Of a DNA stretch of 39,883 bases, positions 28,231 through 39,712 are shown in pieces. This DNA comes from Trichomonas gallinae (lineage: Eukaryota): contig MRSU01001119.1 of the NCBI GenBank assembly GCA_008369845.1, positions 1 to 39,883 on the forward strand. Reading direction: 5' to 3'. Every line of letters starts with the position of its first letter. Position 1 is the stretch's first letter. Made by a program: the position numbers and the translations under genes. The notes under the pieces were generated by a model. That model made no database searches and was not told the DNA's origin. It saw nothing but the letters and a program-made list of their open reading frames with translations.

Positions 28231-29557
28231 TCATCTGGTTGAAGGCAGGCATAAACTGAGCATGAACGTGCGGGGCTTGAGTATGTCCTCTACGAACATT
28301 GGGAAGTCTTCAGGAACGGTAAGTTCAGCAAGATTTCCGTGCATCTTATATGATTTTGCGACAACGGCGAGTATTTCAAACGAATTTGCGCGTAATGCGC
28401 TGATGGCATCGCTGTTTGCCATCTCAAATAAAGGATTAATGAGATTTTGGGCAAATTGATGTCTAAGATGTTCATTTTCCAATGAAAAGACGATCAGATC
28501 CTTTATTTTGTTTTGCAATGACGTGTGGTCTGGGAATTGCGCGAGTAAACGTAGAATTACTTGGTGGAAGCTGGTCTGATTAAGTACGGTCGCAAGATTT
28601 ACGTTATATTTAAGCATATCGGTTATTATAGCTAGAGCTGATAGTTTTGCATTGGTTATTTTTGTAAATGGCTCCGTCAGCTGAGAAATAATATGAGAAA
28701 TGTAAGGATTGAAATGTTTCGATGTAGATTTCTGGTGAAGTGCGGCAAGTGCTGCCCATCTCGCATCTTCGATGTTATCGTGCCAGAAATACACTCTTGA
28801 GAAAAATGAATGCATAATCGGGCATTTGAAAGCGTGCTCGATAAAAAGGGGGCTGGAAGCTGCTTTAGCGATGACATAGAATATGCCTATGAGATGCTGG
28901 ACTTCCTTGCTTGCATATGGATTTTCGATATTTTCGACGACGTCACAAAATTTGCGATTTCCGACGTACGTTAACAATATTGGGACGAATCCTGTTGTAT
29001 ATATGACTTTTTGCGCATGTTTATATGCTTTATCATCGGCTAAGATTGTTGCGAAAAAATCACGGGCAGGTTGAAGCGAAACGAACTGGATGAGTTGGAA
29101 TACGATACCATTGAGGTTCTCTGAAAACTTTCCTAACTTAGATATTGAGATCGAAATCAAATCCGCGAGACGACTCAGGATATGTGACGCAGGCTCTTGT
29201 GTCGCGAGGACATTTCGGGCAAATTCGGTTATATTCTTGTCTGTGAGTGTAAGTTTGAGACATTTATGTGGCGCAAAGCTTAAAATTTCGGTAATACGAT
29301 TATTAATATCTTTGCTCTCATGATCAAAAGCTGTTTTAATCACATCATCGGCATGGTCTATAAAACTGTTTGTTAGAAAATAAGATGTACTATTTGCAAA
29401 CATGAGGATTCTGCTGATAAAGGAGATATACTGTGCTTTTCATTGTCAAAGCCTTTTCGAAGGGGACCTCCTCAGACTCAAACAAGACAGTATCGCCCAG
29501 CAGCTCAGCGAAAGGGGGAGCAACTGGAACGCCTGCTTCAGACGGTTTGTATTCCAT
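28231..29557 (-). CDS. Two-exon gene (29557-29391, 29365-28231; 433 aa); helical-repeat protein, probably a divergent SAPS/PP6 regulatory subunit-like protein
   Basis: Upstream ATG 29557 frame MEYKPSEAG...QQNPHVCK joins through a 25-nt intron to YFIDHADDVIK. The PFEKAL...QNPHVCKYF...ITEILS pattern recalls SAPS N-termini (family call is tentative). Confidence 0.8.
29366..29390 (-). other. 25-nt spliceosomal intron (trichomonad short type)
   Basis: GTACATCTTATTTTCTAACAAACAG: GT donor, TCTAAC branch point adjacent to AACAG acceptor; removal turns TA|G stop into TAT and restores the frame. Confidence 0.92.
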
Positions 29558-29719
29558 CTTTTCTAAAAAAATAATAATGTTGTATATTCAAAATTTAGAA
29601 AAAGTCTTCTCAAAATTCTCCCCGAAAAAAAATATTTTATTTGAATTTTTTCAAATCGAATATTTTGGCTCTTCGGTGGTTTATCTACAAATTTGCTCTT
29701 TAAATTTTTATAAAATTGA

Positions 29720-30495
29720 GGGGTGATCCCTGGTTAGCCCCTGGATTTTTGTTTATGCAGGGTATATTAATATAACCCCCTGCAATTACAAAAACTATTT
29801 TTTGCATATTTTGCTTGTTGAAGAAAATCTGATAATAAAATTTGATTTCTAAAATATTCGGGGGACGATCGTACGGACCCTTTTTTGTCACTTTTTCTGA
29901 TGCAAATTAAATTATATTTATGCGGAATATTAATATTTTTGGATTGTGCTTGATATTATTTATTGATATTTCAACTTTATTAAGTCAAGGATTTTCCTAA
30001 TTAAATTTTGCAACAACTCAAATTTAGGGGCAGGAAAATGTAGACCCTGTTTTTTCACTTTTTTGACATCTAAATTTAATTCTTCTATTTTGAATTTCAA
30101 GATTTAGATTTTGTTTTATGTATATAATCTATATTTAAAGTTTTAAGGGAAAATGGTTTTTAAGGATAATTTTAAGGGTAGGTTAAATTTTGACCCTGCA
30201 TTTTCTCACTTTTCTGACAAAATTAAAAATAAGTTTTTTCCAAAAATAATTCGAAATTTGGATTTATTATAACTCACAATACAAATTTAATTTTTTAAGG
30301 AAAAATATTTTTTGATTAATATTTTAGGGGTAGGTTAATTTTAGACCCTTTTTTCTCACTTTTCTGACAAATTAAATTTTATTTTGTTTTTAAAATTCGA
30401 AATTTAGAGTTTATTTTTGACATATAATTTATATTTAAAATTAAAATAAAAAATATTTATTTAAAATTATTTAGGGGATAGAAGGTGTCGGTCCC
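29720..30495. repeat. Degenerate ~150-bp tandem array with a GGG(G)-N13-15-CCC core, usually followed by TCACTTTT(T/C)TGA
   Basis: Cores at 29860, 30027, 30176, 30327 and 30474, plus related cores at 29720 and 29760. Confidence 0.8.
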
Positions 30496-30510
30496 TAGAT
30501 TTATAGGTAA

Positions 30511-33500
30511 ATGGCTTTTTCACCGCAAATTGTGATTGCGGATGAATGCCATAAACTTCAGACTGAACTACGGAAGAGTTCTCAACGCTCTCTATTCCCA
30601 GACATACAGGCAGACTTTTTAAATCTAAAAACAAATCTTTGGAGAAATCATTTGGACGAATTATCACAGCAAGATATATTTTTCCCATTCAAAAACTTAC
30701 TCACGCATAAACTACTAACAGATGTCATAGCTTACAGCACTTTAAATTCACTGCAAAATTTAATCAAAACTAATATTTTCACGGAAACCGAACAAATTAA
30801 CGATATTATACAAACAATCTGTCAATGCAAATATCAGACAACGTCCGAATTCGATGCTTCAAGATGTTCACACCAAATTTTATCATGTTTTCAGTGTTTT
30901 TTAGCTCCTGAGAGAGTAAACTGGCTCACAATAGATGCTCTATACAATATACTAGAATTTGGAATTGCTGAAATAGAGCATTTACAAGGAATGATGGAAT
31001 TACCATTCATATTATTGGATACTTTCTCGAGTTTCGTTCAGTACATCTTTGAAAAAGTCGACAAATCCTATGATCCGCTGAGAAAGGAAACAATTTTGTC
31101 GTTTTTCTACATAGCAACAGCTTTTCAAAGTGACCATCATCCTGTTGCGCGTTTTGCGGCCCTTTCGATACTTTTATCAATATCTAGATCTAATATATAC
31201 GGCGATAAGACATTTTTAATAGCTGCAGCATGTGTTTTAGTTAATCAACAACTTGCTTTAAGTAATTCTAGGGAATCATTTATGCTTTCAATGAGAATCT
31301 TCTTCAATGTATTCAAAGATAGCTGTTTCGACTTATTTACTGTCTTTTCTCCGTGTTTTAATCTAATTCTTAATTATATTTTATCACCAGAGCCAAATAT
31401 TGGATTTAGATCATCGGCATTCGAAACAGTATACGATTTTGTCTCTCAACCAATGTTTTCTCAACGATTATACGCAAATACAAACAATATTGAAAATTTA
31501 TTCGATAAATTAATAGAAGTTACGACTTTAATTGCTAAAAATCCATCTGCAATACCTGATTCTCAGCAAATGGCTTTAAATATTATATCAATTATAACTC
31601 ATCAATTATCATCAACGTCGGGTAGATATGATGACGTCGACATCATGGAAGAAAACGAAACAGAAAAGGTGTACAAAGAATTCTCAGATGAATTCAACGA
31701 AAAATTCAAGAAATTTATCGATTTTGGAGATTCAACTGAGCTTGCAAAGCGTTTGTTCGTTTGCAGCGAGGTTTCTCCGAACAATATAGGCGAGTTCTTC
31801 GCATTGAAAAAGGATTTTGCCATTGAAACTTTACAAAAATATTTGGAATTTTTCAATTTCGAGTCTATGGACTTCGATGAGAGCATGAGAACATTCCTTA
31901 TATCATTTAAATTGGCCGGTGAAGGCCAAATTGTTGATAGAATCCTTGATAACTTTTCTCAAGAATATTACAAAACACATCCAGGAGAATTCGGTTCTGC
32001 TGGCGCCATCCACTTATTGGCTTACGCCTGGGTCATGCTACAGACGTCAACATTCAATAGAAACGCGACTAAAGATTCATTCCAACAATTCTCGGCGATG
32101 TTATATGGACAGAACGACGGCAAGAACTTCGACCCTAAATTCCTCAGGCAGATCTACAACAGTGTAAGCAGATTCTCAGTTCCAGCTGAGCCAGAACACA
32201 AAATAAATTCGCTTTCTTATTGGCATCTACTTTTATTGAAAGCAAAAGTTTACTCGCGGCCAATGAAGACAGACAATGAAGTCGTTTTAAAGACAAAAGC
32301 TTTGTTCGCCAGGATGTGGTCTTCTGTTTCCCCAATTCTGTCAGCTTCTTTCTTGTCAGCTCAAAGTAATTTCGACGAAATTTTGTCACCTTTCTTCGAA
32401 ACTGCAAGAATCGCTTCTCTTTTGGAGACAACAGACGTTTTAGATTCGATAATGAAGACATTCTGTCCGCATGCAATTGGAGACCTGAGCCAGGAGAAGC
32501 CACAGTGCGCGCTTAAATTCGTGTCTGTTGTCGCCAGAGAATACGGAACTTCGATAAGAGAAGTCGGCTGGAAGAATTATTCCGATGTGATTATGGCACT
32601 TTTCCAACTCGATTTACTTTGCGAAGAGATCTGCGCAGAAACGAATGTTTGCGATGGAAACAAGCAGATGATACTCAGCCCTAGAATGTACCAGAGAAGT
32701 GAGAAGAGAAACTCGAATTCGGTGATGACTATGTTTAGGAAACTCGGCAGGTCTGATTCTGACTCCGAAATCACTTTAGGAGGCTCACAGCAGATCAAAA
32801 TCTTCGTGTTCGAGACAGCAATACACTCAATAGCCAAGCAGTCACTCAGGTTTTCTTACAAGTCACTGCAAGATTTGCTAAAAGCTTTCGCAGAATGTTC
32901 TAAAAACATGGAATCGAACATCGAATTAAACGCCGTCTACATTGCTTTCTGTGTCCACGTCATGTGTCAGATATCAGCTGCAAACTCACAGAGGATACAA
33001 GCATTATGGGAATTCGTGTTCGGATACATCAAAAACATCTTCAATCTCTGCAGCCAGTCTAAAAACGGAAAACTTTTGTCGTCTTTGACAATCAACTCTC
33101 TTTTCGTTTTATTCGACGAGTTGTGGTGCGAAGACTCGATGAAGGACACGATTTTGGAGTCTTTATTGACTTTATCTAAGTTCGATCCAATATTTATCAA
33201 AGCGAATATTGACATAATCAACTCAGGTCTTTTGCTTTTCTTGCAGCATCACGCGAGCACTTTTATCCCTCTCTACAACTGGATGCCGATTTTGAATTTC
33301 ATCAGCATAGGTGTCGACTGCAAAGTTGAAAACGGTGTCGGCCACCTTTTCCACATTCTTTTAGCTAAGCAGTCCGTTCAGCCGCCTGGCATCGACAAAT
33401 TCAACGAGTTCTGGATGCCTGTTCTGCAAATTGCTGCACTTCTATGTATTTCTGATAGCGAGGCAAATTATGTCGAGAGATTCAGAGACTTCCAGTCACT

Positions 33501-33930
33501 ATTGATGTTCCCGAGTCTTCCTGACATAAGCGGGTTAAAGTGGAGGGATGTCTTCGAGAAGTTACTGTTCCCTGTTATGGGCCAGTTGACAATGAACGCG
33601 CAGAAGAATCCAGCAGTTGCGCAGAAAGCTTTGCTGATGGCTAAGATGCTAATGTCAACGTTCTTGTTCTCAATCAGCCACAAGAACCAGATGTCAGCGT
33701 TTGAGCCAACTTGGTACAGAATCCTTAAGTTTTCGCTCGATTTGACGAAAATCAAAGACTATGATGTAGTTGAAGCTGTTCCTGAAATGCTGAGCAATGC
33801 ACTAAGAGTGATGAAAGCGAGCGGAGTCTTCGACAGCGACCAGAGAAAGAACATGTGGGACGTCACGAAACAAGCAATTGCTTCTTCCTTCCCTGACTTT
33901 TCTAGTTCAATTCTTGATGATAATTGTTAA
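30511..33930 (+). CDS. Large Sec7-domain ARF guanine-nucleotide exchange factor (GBF1/Gea-like)
   Basis: 1139 aa; Sec7 motif MRTFLISFKLAGEGQIVDRIL with the catalytic Glu, LAYAWVMLQT, YGQNDGKNFD; C-terminal VEAVPEMLSNALRVM typical of GBF/Gea. Confidence 0.88.
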   Translation: MAFSPQIVIADECHKLQTELRKSSQRSLFPDIQADFLNLKTNLWRNHLDELSQQDIFFPFKNLLTHKLLTDVIAYSTLNSLQNLIKTNIFTETEQINDIIQTICQCKYQTTSEFDASRCSHQILSCFQCFLAPERVNWLTIDALYNILEFGIAEIEHLQGMMELPFILLDTFSSFVQYIFEKVDKSYDPLRKETILSFFYIATAFQSDHHPVARFAALSILLSISRSNIYGDKTFLIAAACVLVNQQLALSNSRESFMLSMRIFFNVFKDSCFDLFTVFSPCFNLILNYILSPEPNIGFRSSAFETVYDFVSQPMFSQRLYANTNNIENLFDKLIEVTTLIAKNPSAIPDSQQMALNIISIITHQLSSTSGRYDDVDIMEENETEKVYKEFSDEFNEKFKKFIDFGDSTELAKRLFVCSEVSPNNIGEFFALKKDFAIETLQKYLEFFNFESMDFDESMRTFLISFKLAGEGQIVDRILDNFSQEYYKTHPGEFGSAGAIHLLAYAWVMLQTSTFNRNATKDSFQQFSAMLYGQNDGKNFDPKFLRQIYNSVSRFSVPAEPEHKINSLSYWHLLLLKAKVYSRPMKTDNEVVLKTKALFARMWSSVSPILSASFLSAQSNFDEILSPFFETARIASLLETTDVLDSIMKTFCPHAIGDLSQEKPQCALKFVSVVAREYGTSIREVGWKNYSDVIMALFQLDLLCEEICAETNVCDGNKQMILSPRMYQRSEKRNSNSVMTMFRKLGRSDSDSEITLGGSQQIKIFVFETAIHSIAKQSLRFSYKSLQDLLKAFAECSKNMESNIELNAVYIAFCVHVMCQISAANSQRIQALWEFVFGYIKNIFNLCSQSKNGKLLSSLTINSLFVLFDELWCEDSMKDTILESLLTLSKFDPIFIKANIDIINSGLLLFLQHHASTFIPLYNWMPILNFISIGVDCKVENGVGHLFHILLAKQSVQPPGIDKFNEFWMPVLQIAALLCISDSEANYVERFRDFQSLLMFPSLPDISGLKWRDVFEKLLFPVMGQLTMNAQKNPAVAQKALLMAKMLMSTFLFSISHKNQMSAFEPTWYRILKFSLDLTKIKDYDVVEAVPEMLSNALRVMKASGVFDSDQRKNMWDVTKQAIASSFPDFSSSILDDNC

Positions 33931-34130
33931 CTTTTTGTTATATATAAATTGTTGTTTATTTCTTTCCATTCATAACTAACTTTTTAACTTTATTATTGAA
34001 GCACAAAATATAATACTTTCCTTTCATAAATAATTTCTAATCAATTGAAACTCTATTAGCATTTAAGGATAGCAAGATACATTTATAAATAATAATATAA
34101 TATACAAAACAAAAAAAAAATAAATGAAAA

Positions 34131-37100
34131 CTAAAAAGGATAATTCGCATCAAATTCGCTGTATTCCATGATTAACAGATTCTCATATACTTCTTCAGGA
34201 ATCTTTCCTAGCAATTCCTTTGGCGGTTCTAAAGGTTTCAATTCCCAGTCTCCAGCACTGAACTTTCCGTACTTTATTGTTGACGCTGAGTCCAGTCTTC
34301 TCAAGTAAGAAGACGAAGAATTGTGTTTGATTGATTTAGACTGAACTTTGACGACTCTCTTCATTCCTTCGATCATGTCTTTCTCCATGACGAAAGGAAT
34401 GACTTTAGGCGGCACGTCACCACCAATTAGTCCAATGATAGAAATCAGCGACATGTTGTCTGTGAGCTTAGGAATTGACGTTGAGCGCGGAATTGCTGTC
34501 TCTGGGTTGACGATTCTCGAAAGAGCCCTGACGACATCATCATAGGACCTCTCCCAGTCAGTGAATGCCAGTGTGCTCTTCATCACTGCCTCTGGATCAT
34601 GTTCTGCCAGTGAAATAACATATTTCATCGCTGTTGGAACAACACCAATCATGTTTAGAGCGGCTTTGTAGAGAATCGCGTATTGTTCTCTGACATTTAT
34701 GTTTGTTACTTTTATGATAATTTCTGATGCGATTCTGAATATCGGAGAAGCGAGTTGTTCGCTCGCTGTTTCTATCATCAAAGAATAGTGCTCAATAGCT
34801 TTGCACAGAAGAGTTTCGTCTGACTTCTCCATCAAATCGTTTATCGGTGTGCAAAAAGCAAAACCACCGAAAGCTTCTTTGATTGGCGCCGCAATCATCA
34901 TCAGTTCAGGAGACTGAGAAGTCTTCGCTAATATTTCCAAAATCTGTCGGCACCTTTCGTCTGTTTCTATTCTCGACAAAAGAGGCCTGACTATTGAAGG
35001 CAGGATTGACCACGCCTGTTTCGATGTTGCCTGGCTGTTCATGCTTTTCAGGAAGATGTCGATTGACTCCGCTTTGCAGTTGTCAGGAAATGCTGGGCAA
35101 TCTATGAACGCTGATGCGAAATTAAACGCCATGAGCTCATCTCTAGGGAAAATGTTTGAGAAGAACCTGAAAGCGTCTGTCAACAAATCAGTCAAAGAAA
35201 GTGGATCATCTTCGAAAGTTACAACGTAATAGTGAACGATTTTTATAACACCTTGAATAATGTTTCTGTCTATTGGCACGCCTAACACATTGTAGATCTT
35301 GAGAGAAAGGGCAGCAAACTTCAGCTTGTTGCAGCCAAACAGCCACTTCAATGCTTCAGTTCCCCAGTATTCCAAAGATTCTGGGTCATCTTCCGACAGT
35401 TTGATGACGAACTCGTTGACGGTGACCATTAAGTCTTCGTCGTGCGATGATGTTGGCGGGGCAACGTCGAAGTGTTTGCAGATGGCCTGGAGAAGAGGCT
35501 GAGTGGCTGGAATTTTATAAAATAGAAATGCGAAGTGAAGCAAAGCTATAATACTCGGAATTGAGCCGATTCTTCCCTCGAAGGCTTTCGTGAGCAGTTC
35601 TATAACCCAGAGATGTTCCTTGAAGCTGCGATTTTGTGAGGCAACATGCAAGAAGTAGTCGAATGAGCATCTAGTCATCAGTTTCTCTGAAACGAAAGGC
35701 GCGTCTTGTTTAACTAGAAACAGCAACAACTTCTTTTTGATTTCTGGATTCTCCCACTGCATAATAAACAACGGAACAATGTCCTCGTGGTCAGTTCTAT
35801 CCAGCAAATCTCTCCACAACAAATAGAAGTTAGATGCGAAGTCTTCGTTGATTGATTCAGTGACTTTCATCAAGGCAACTAAAAATTGATATGGTGTGTA
35901 AATCTGGAACCTTTCTGGCGAATCTACTGTGCATGAAGACTGCTTTGGAAGGAGTCTAATTTCAGGAATCAATGATCTTAAAACGTTCGATATTTCTTTG
36001 ACCGGCATGTGAAGGCTTTCTATAGACAAAATCCTGAATGCTTCAGAGAAAACAGCTTCGGCGGCCAACATGTATTTTTCGTAAACAGATGATGTGAAAG
36101 CCTCCATGAATTCGGAAGCTCTCGGATGCTGCATCTCATCATACACTAAGCCAACAAGCAGAAGACAACCTATTTGCTGTGGGGTGAAGTTGCTGCCTGC
36201 AGTGAAGACGACAAAAAGTGCATCGAAGAACAAATCCGCGTAATTTCGCGACAAAGTCAAACAAGCGTCGCAAAATTGAGATAAAACAAGTTTGACGTGA
36301 TAAAAGAGAACAGAATTCAATATCCTGTTGCCGCTGCATTCTATTTCTCCGAATATTTCTATGACATTTTTGTCAAAAATTGCCGCGTCACCAAACATTT
36401 GTCCTGATTTCGAAAAAGTCGCCAAAGAATCCTTCGCTTTGACTCTCAAGGACTCCAGTGCTGGCTGTTTCGTCATAGACCAGTTCAACAGACTTCTTAG
36501 AACGTTTTCGCGAGCAGGTGTTGACCAGTCTGCCTCAGAAATGCTTCGTGTTGCGATTTTGTTTATCAGCAAACAATAATTTTCTGCCAAAGTCGCCGAT
36601 TTCAAGACTTGTTTCTCGTTTTCAGGTGTGAAAGTTCTCGGAGATGTTGCTCCTTGCTTTATCAATATGCTGTGCATTGCATTCAGTAGATTTAAGACTT
36701 GATCGAAGATAACAATTTCCTCGGAAAATTGCGGCGAATCAAGCAAACTTAAGAAAGCTGTTGACGCCTCTGTGATTTGGTCTGGAGAACACTGAGAGAT
36801 TATGTCAGCTACATCTCCCGCATAGGATATGTGTAGGTACTTTATGACGATGAAAGCCAAGTTTTCTTTCCAAGATTTCGTTCCATCAAGTAATTTCGAC
36901 AGAAAAAGCAAAGGTGAGACTTGTGACGTTTGGGTTTCTGCTCTAAGCTCGTGTAGAGGCACTCTGTAGACTGATGGGCACCTTTCGAAGTTTTCTTTCG
37001 AAATTTTGGAATTTATGTACATTAAGTAGAGAGAAATCAAAACTGGCGAGTCATTTCTGGATTCAACATCAGCAGGAACTAAGTATGTGTATAAATTGTC

Positions 37101-39215
37101 CCCAAATCGTTGTAACAAAGGAGTATAATTTGAAGCTAAAATAATTTCAATGAATTCCGTGATATAAAGCAGCCACAGATCATAGTACCTAGAATCCATG
37201 ACGCATTGCAGCAGAACTTCGTCTTTATGAACAGATTTTCCAAATAATCTAATTTTGAACATTTTCTCCATCATCTGTTTGCAAGTGTGAATATAGAAAA
37301 CTAAACCTTTGTGCTCCAGCAACTCATCCAACCTATCTAACACCTTCCAGGACATAATCCTCGTGTTTGGCTGACATGAAATCAAACCAATGAACGCGTA
37401 AAACTCGATGTCGTGGTACATGTCTGACGATATCGAATTCGGATTCTCCTGGATTATCAAAGAAAGAAGCTTGAGACAAACGAAAAGAGTCTCCTGAGTC
37501 AGTCCGTTTGCCATGCTATTAACTATTTCTTTCGCAAAATGTTGCTGAAGATTTTCTGTCTTACATAGATACTTAGCGACGTCTAAAGCTGACAAAGCTG
37601 TCTGAAGTTTTTCTGAATTGCAGCACTCTAATATGTTTTTCATTATTCCGCTGTTGACGAAATCATCCTTTTCTAGAACATAAGGCAGGCACCTCAAAAG
37701 CTGTGCCTCCAAACTGTAGAACTCGCTCTCAACACTTAAGTCGTATTTCATGGTAAAAGGTACATATTTGTCCAAATTATTCTGCTCCAAAAACATTGAT
37801 ATTTTCGAGTCCGCCTGCTGTATTCTCCTCCATGCGCCTTCCAGGAAAATAAGCGGGACAAATCTTGGTTCCCTTGTTGTCAATATGTGGAGGTTTTGGT
37901 AAACTTTGCCCCTTATCATTAGATTTAAAGTGTCGATGTCTTCTTTGGTGATTCTCGAAACCGCGAAACTCTTGAATTTTTCGCTGTTTATTGGTTCTAT
38001 AATCGACAGCAATATAATAAACCTGATGTCTGAAATGTTAAGCATCAAAAAGCTTTGTAGGATTTCTCTGATGAAGTAAGAAAAATTGATTGAAGCCAAA
38101 TGAAGCAAAACTTTGCTGAAAATTTCGGGACAAATTGCGAAATTTGCTTTTTTGAAGTACAAATTCATGAACAAAGAGGGCATTTCAGGCGCATTCGATC
38201 CTGTCATGCCTATGAAAGACATGTCATCATCTGTGGTGAGTCCGTTGTAGCCGCCCATAACCAGACGCCAAAATAACTTTAAATCTCTTTCCGTCTTTTT
38301 CTCGGACATTCTTTTCTGGAAGAATTTTATTGCTTCAGCTGATTTGTTTGGCAAGTGCAGATATAAAGTAATGATCAGCTCGAATGCTCCATCTTGCACT
38401 GAAGACTGGTCCTTTTCGTACCACGCGATGTCGAAAATTTTTTGCAAAGAGTCTGAAAAAAAATCTAATGATGTTAAAATTGACGCAACGCTGGAGAAAA
38501 TCTTGTTCGTTAGTTCGCCTCTTTTCTGGAGTATTTTGAGCGCTGTGAAGATGTCCTCCACGAAGTGCGGTGCGATAGATTTGCAGGAGTCGAGGCGGAT
38601 CTTAGAAACTAATGTAAATAACATTTCGTTGTTTACTGCGTCAATGCAGGCCAAAAAAGGTGCTGTTGATTCTTGTAAATATTTTATGCTTGTTATTGCT
38701 AAAATTATGGACCATTCGTGTAGTAAATGTTCGTGAATATCTATATTTACTGAAGGATCGCAATTTTTGTAAGCTATTCTAGCAACGAATGGTCCTTGGT
38801 CACCTACACCATATTTTCTTATGATGGCTCCAGTAATATCAGTAGTAACGTATAATGCTAAATAATTGCAAATTATCTGCGGTGATGATGAATTTGGAGA
38901 TGTTATATTGGAATGCGCCATTAATATCGAAAATATTCCAGGATCTTGAAGCAATAAAGTATTAGCGTAAATATCAATAATATTTTTCAGGAATTGCGAT
39001 ATGTTGTTCTTTGATAAACTGCACATAGAGTCGATAATCAACTGATATAGTTGAGTATTTGTCAAATAAGTTTGAATTAAAGTATTCAATGATTTGTTAT
39101 TATCCGGATTGTTTATCAAATTGTCATACGCACTCGTCAGAGCCTGGAAACGTGGTGTGAGTGACTCAATGAGCCGGGAGAACACCGAACTAAATAACTC
39201 TGACGTAGGATCCAT
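34131..39215 (-). CDS. Large HEAT/ARM-like protein, divergent Furry/Tao3/Mor2-like
   Basis: 1694-aa helical ORF; EFYAFIGLISCQPNTRIMSWKVL and WGTEALKWLFGCNKLKFAALSLKIYNVLGVP resemble MOR2-PAG1 N- and C-terminal motifs as recalled. Confidence 0.6.
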   Translation of the reverse strand: MDPTSELFSSVFSRLIESLTPRFQALTSAYDNLINNPDNNKSLNTLIQTYLTNTQLYQLIIDSMCSLSKNNISQFLKNIIDIYANTLLLQDPGIFSILMAHSNITSPNSSSPQIICNYLALYVTTDITGAIIRKYGVGDQGPFVARIAYKNCDPSVNIDIHEHLLHEWSIILAITSIKYLQESTAPFLACIDAVNNEMLFTLVSKIRLDSCKSIAPHFVEDIFTALKILQKRGELTNKIFSSVASILTSLDFFSDSLQKIFDIAWYEKDQSSVQDGAFELIITLYLHLPNKSAEAIKFFQKRMSEKKTERDLKLFWRLVMGGYNGLTTDDDMSFIGMTGSNAPEMPSLFMNLYFKKANFAICPEIFSKVLLHLASINFSYFIREILQSFLMLNISDIRFIILLSIIEPINSEKFKSFAVSRITKEDIDTLNLMIRGKVYQNLHILTTREPRFVPLIFLEGAWRRIQQADSKISMFLEQNNLDKYVPFTMKYDLSVESEFYSLEAQLLRCLPYVLEKDDFVNSGIMKNILECCNSEKLQTALSALDVAKYLCKTENLQQHFAKEIVNSMANGLTQETLFVCLKLLSLIIQENPNSISSDMYHDIEFYAFIGLISCQPNTRIMSWKVLDRLDELLEHKGLVFYIHTCKQMMEKMFKIRLFGKSVHKDEVLLQCVMDSRYYDLWLLYITEFIEIILASNYTPLLQRFGDNLYTYLVPADVESRNDSPVLISLYLMYINSKISKENFERCPSVYRVPLHELRAETQTSQVSPLLFLSKLLDGTKSWKENLAFIVIKYLHISYAGDVADIISQCSPDQITEASTAFLSLLDSPQFSEEIVIFDQVLNLLNAMHSILIKQGATSPRTFTPENEKQVLKSATLAENYCLLINKIATRSISEADWSTPARENVLRSLLNWSMTKQPALESLRVKAKDSLATFSKSGQMFGDAAIFDKNVIEIFGEIECSGNRILNSVLFYHVKLVLSQFCDACLTLSRNYADLFFDALFVVFTAGSNFTPQQIGCLLLVGLVYDEMQHPRASEFMEAFTSSVYEKYMLAAEAVFSEAFRILSIESLHMPVKEISNVLRSLIPEIRLLPKQSSCTVDSPERFQIYTPYQFLVALMKVTESINEDFASNFYLLWRDLLDRTDHEDIVPLFIMQWENPEIKKKLLLFLVKQDAPFVSEKLMTRCSFDYFLHVASQNRSFKEHLWVIELLTKAFEGRIGSIPSIIALLHFAFLFYKIPATQPLLQAICKHFDVAPPTSSHDEDLMVTVNEFVIKLSEDDPESLEYWGTEALKWLFGCNKLKFAALSLKIYNVLGVPIDRNIIQGVIKIVHYYVVTFEDDPLSLTDLLTDAFRFFSNIFPRDELMAFNFASAFIDCPAFPDNCKAESIDIFLKSMNSQATSKQAWSILPSIVRPLLSRIETDERCRQILEILAKTSQSPELMMIAAPIKEAFGGFAFCTPINDLMEKSDETLLCKAIEHYSLMIETASEQLASPIFRIASEIIIKVTNINVREQYAILYKAALNMIGVVPTAMKYVISLAEHDPEAVMKSTLAFTDWERSYDDVVRALSRIVNPETAIPRSTSIPKLTDNMSLISIIGLIGGDVPPKVIPFVMEKDMIEGMKRVVKVQSKSIKHNSSSSYLRRLDSASTIKYGKFSAGDWELKPLEPPKELLGKIPEEVYENLLIMEYSEFDANYPF

Positions 39216-39712
39216 TGTTTCTTGCGTCGAATTTTTTGAAAAGAGGAGGTAATTTTTTCATAGAAAAAAGTTTTCTATAATCTATACCTTATATAAATAA
39301 TATATTTAATTAAAAATTCATTATATTTATTTTTATTATAAAAATAGCATATTTATAATGTATAAATGATATTTTTGGGGTGAATCCGCTTATTTATGAA
39401 AACTTCAAATTTTCAATTTTTGCTTTTTCAGAGAATTTGAGGTTGAACGCGTTATATTTCGGATATAGCACTCGCACATATTCAATGTGTCTTTGATTTT
39501 TCCGATCATATTTTTTCATAAAAAAAAATCTAAAAATTTGAGCAAAATATTTATAAATTCATAATATATATAATGATAATATGTGGAATTTATAAAAATT
39601 TTTATATATTTACGCTGATATTTTTTTATTTCATATTGAATTTGTTTATTTTTTAGTTATAGTAAACTAGAATAAAGAGAAGAAATTTAAAACATAGTAT
39701 AAAATAACATTT

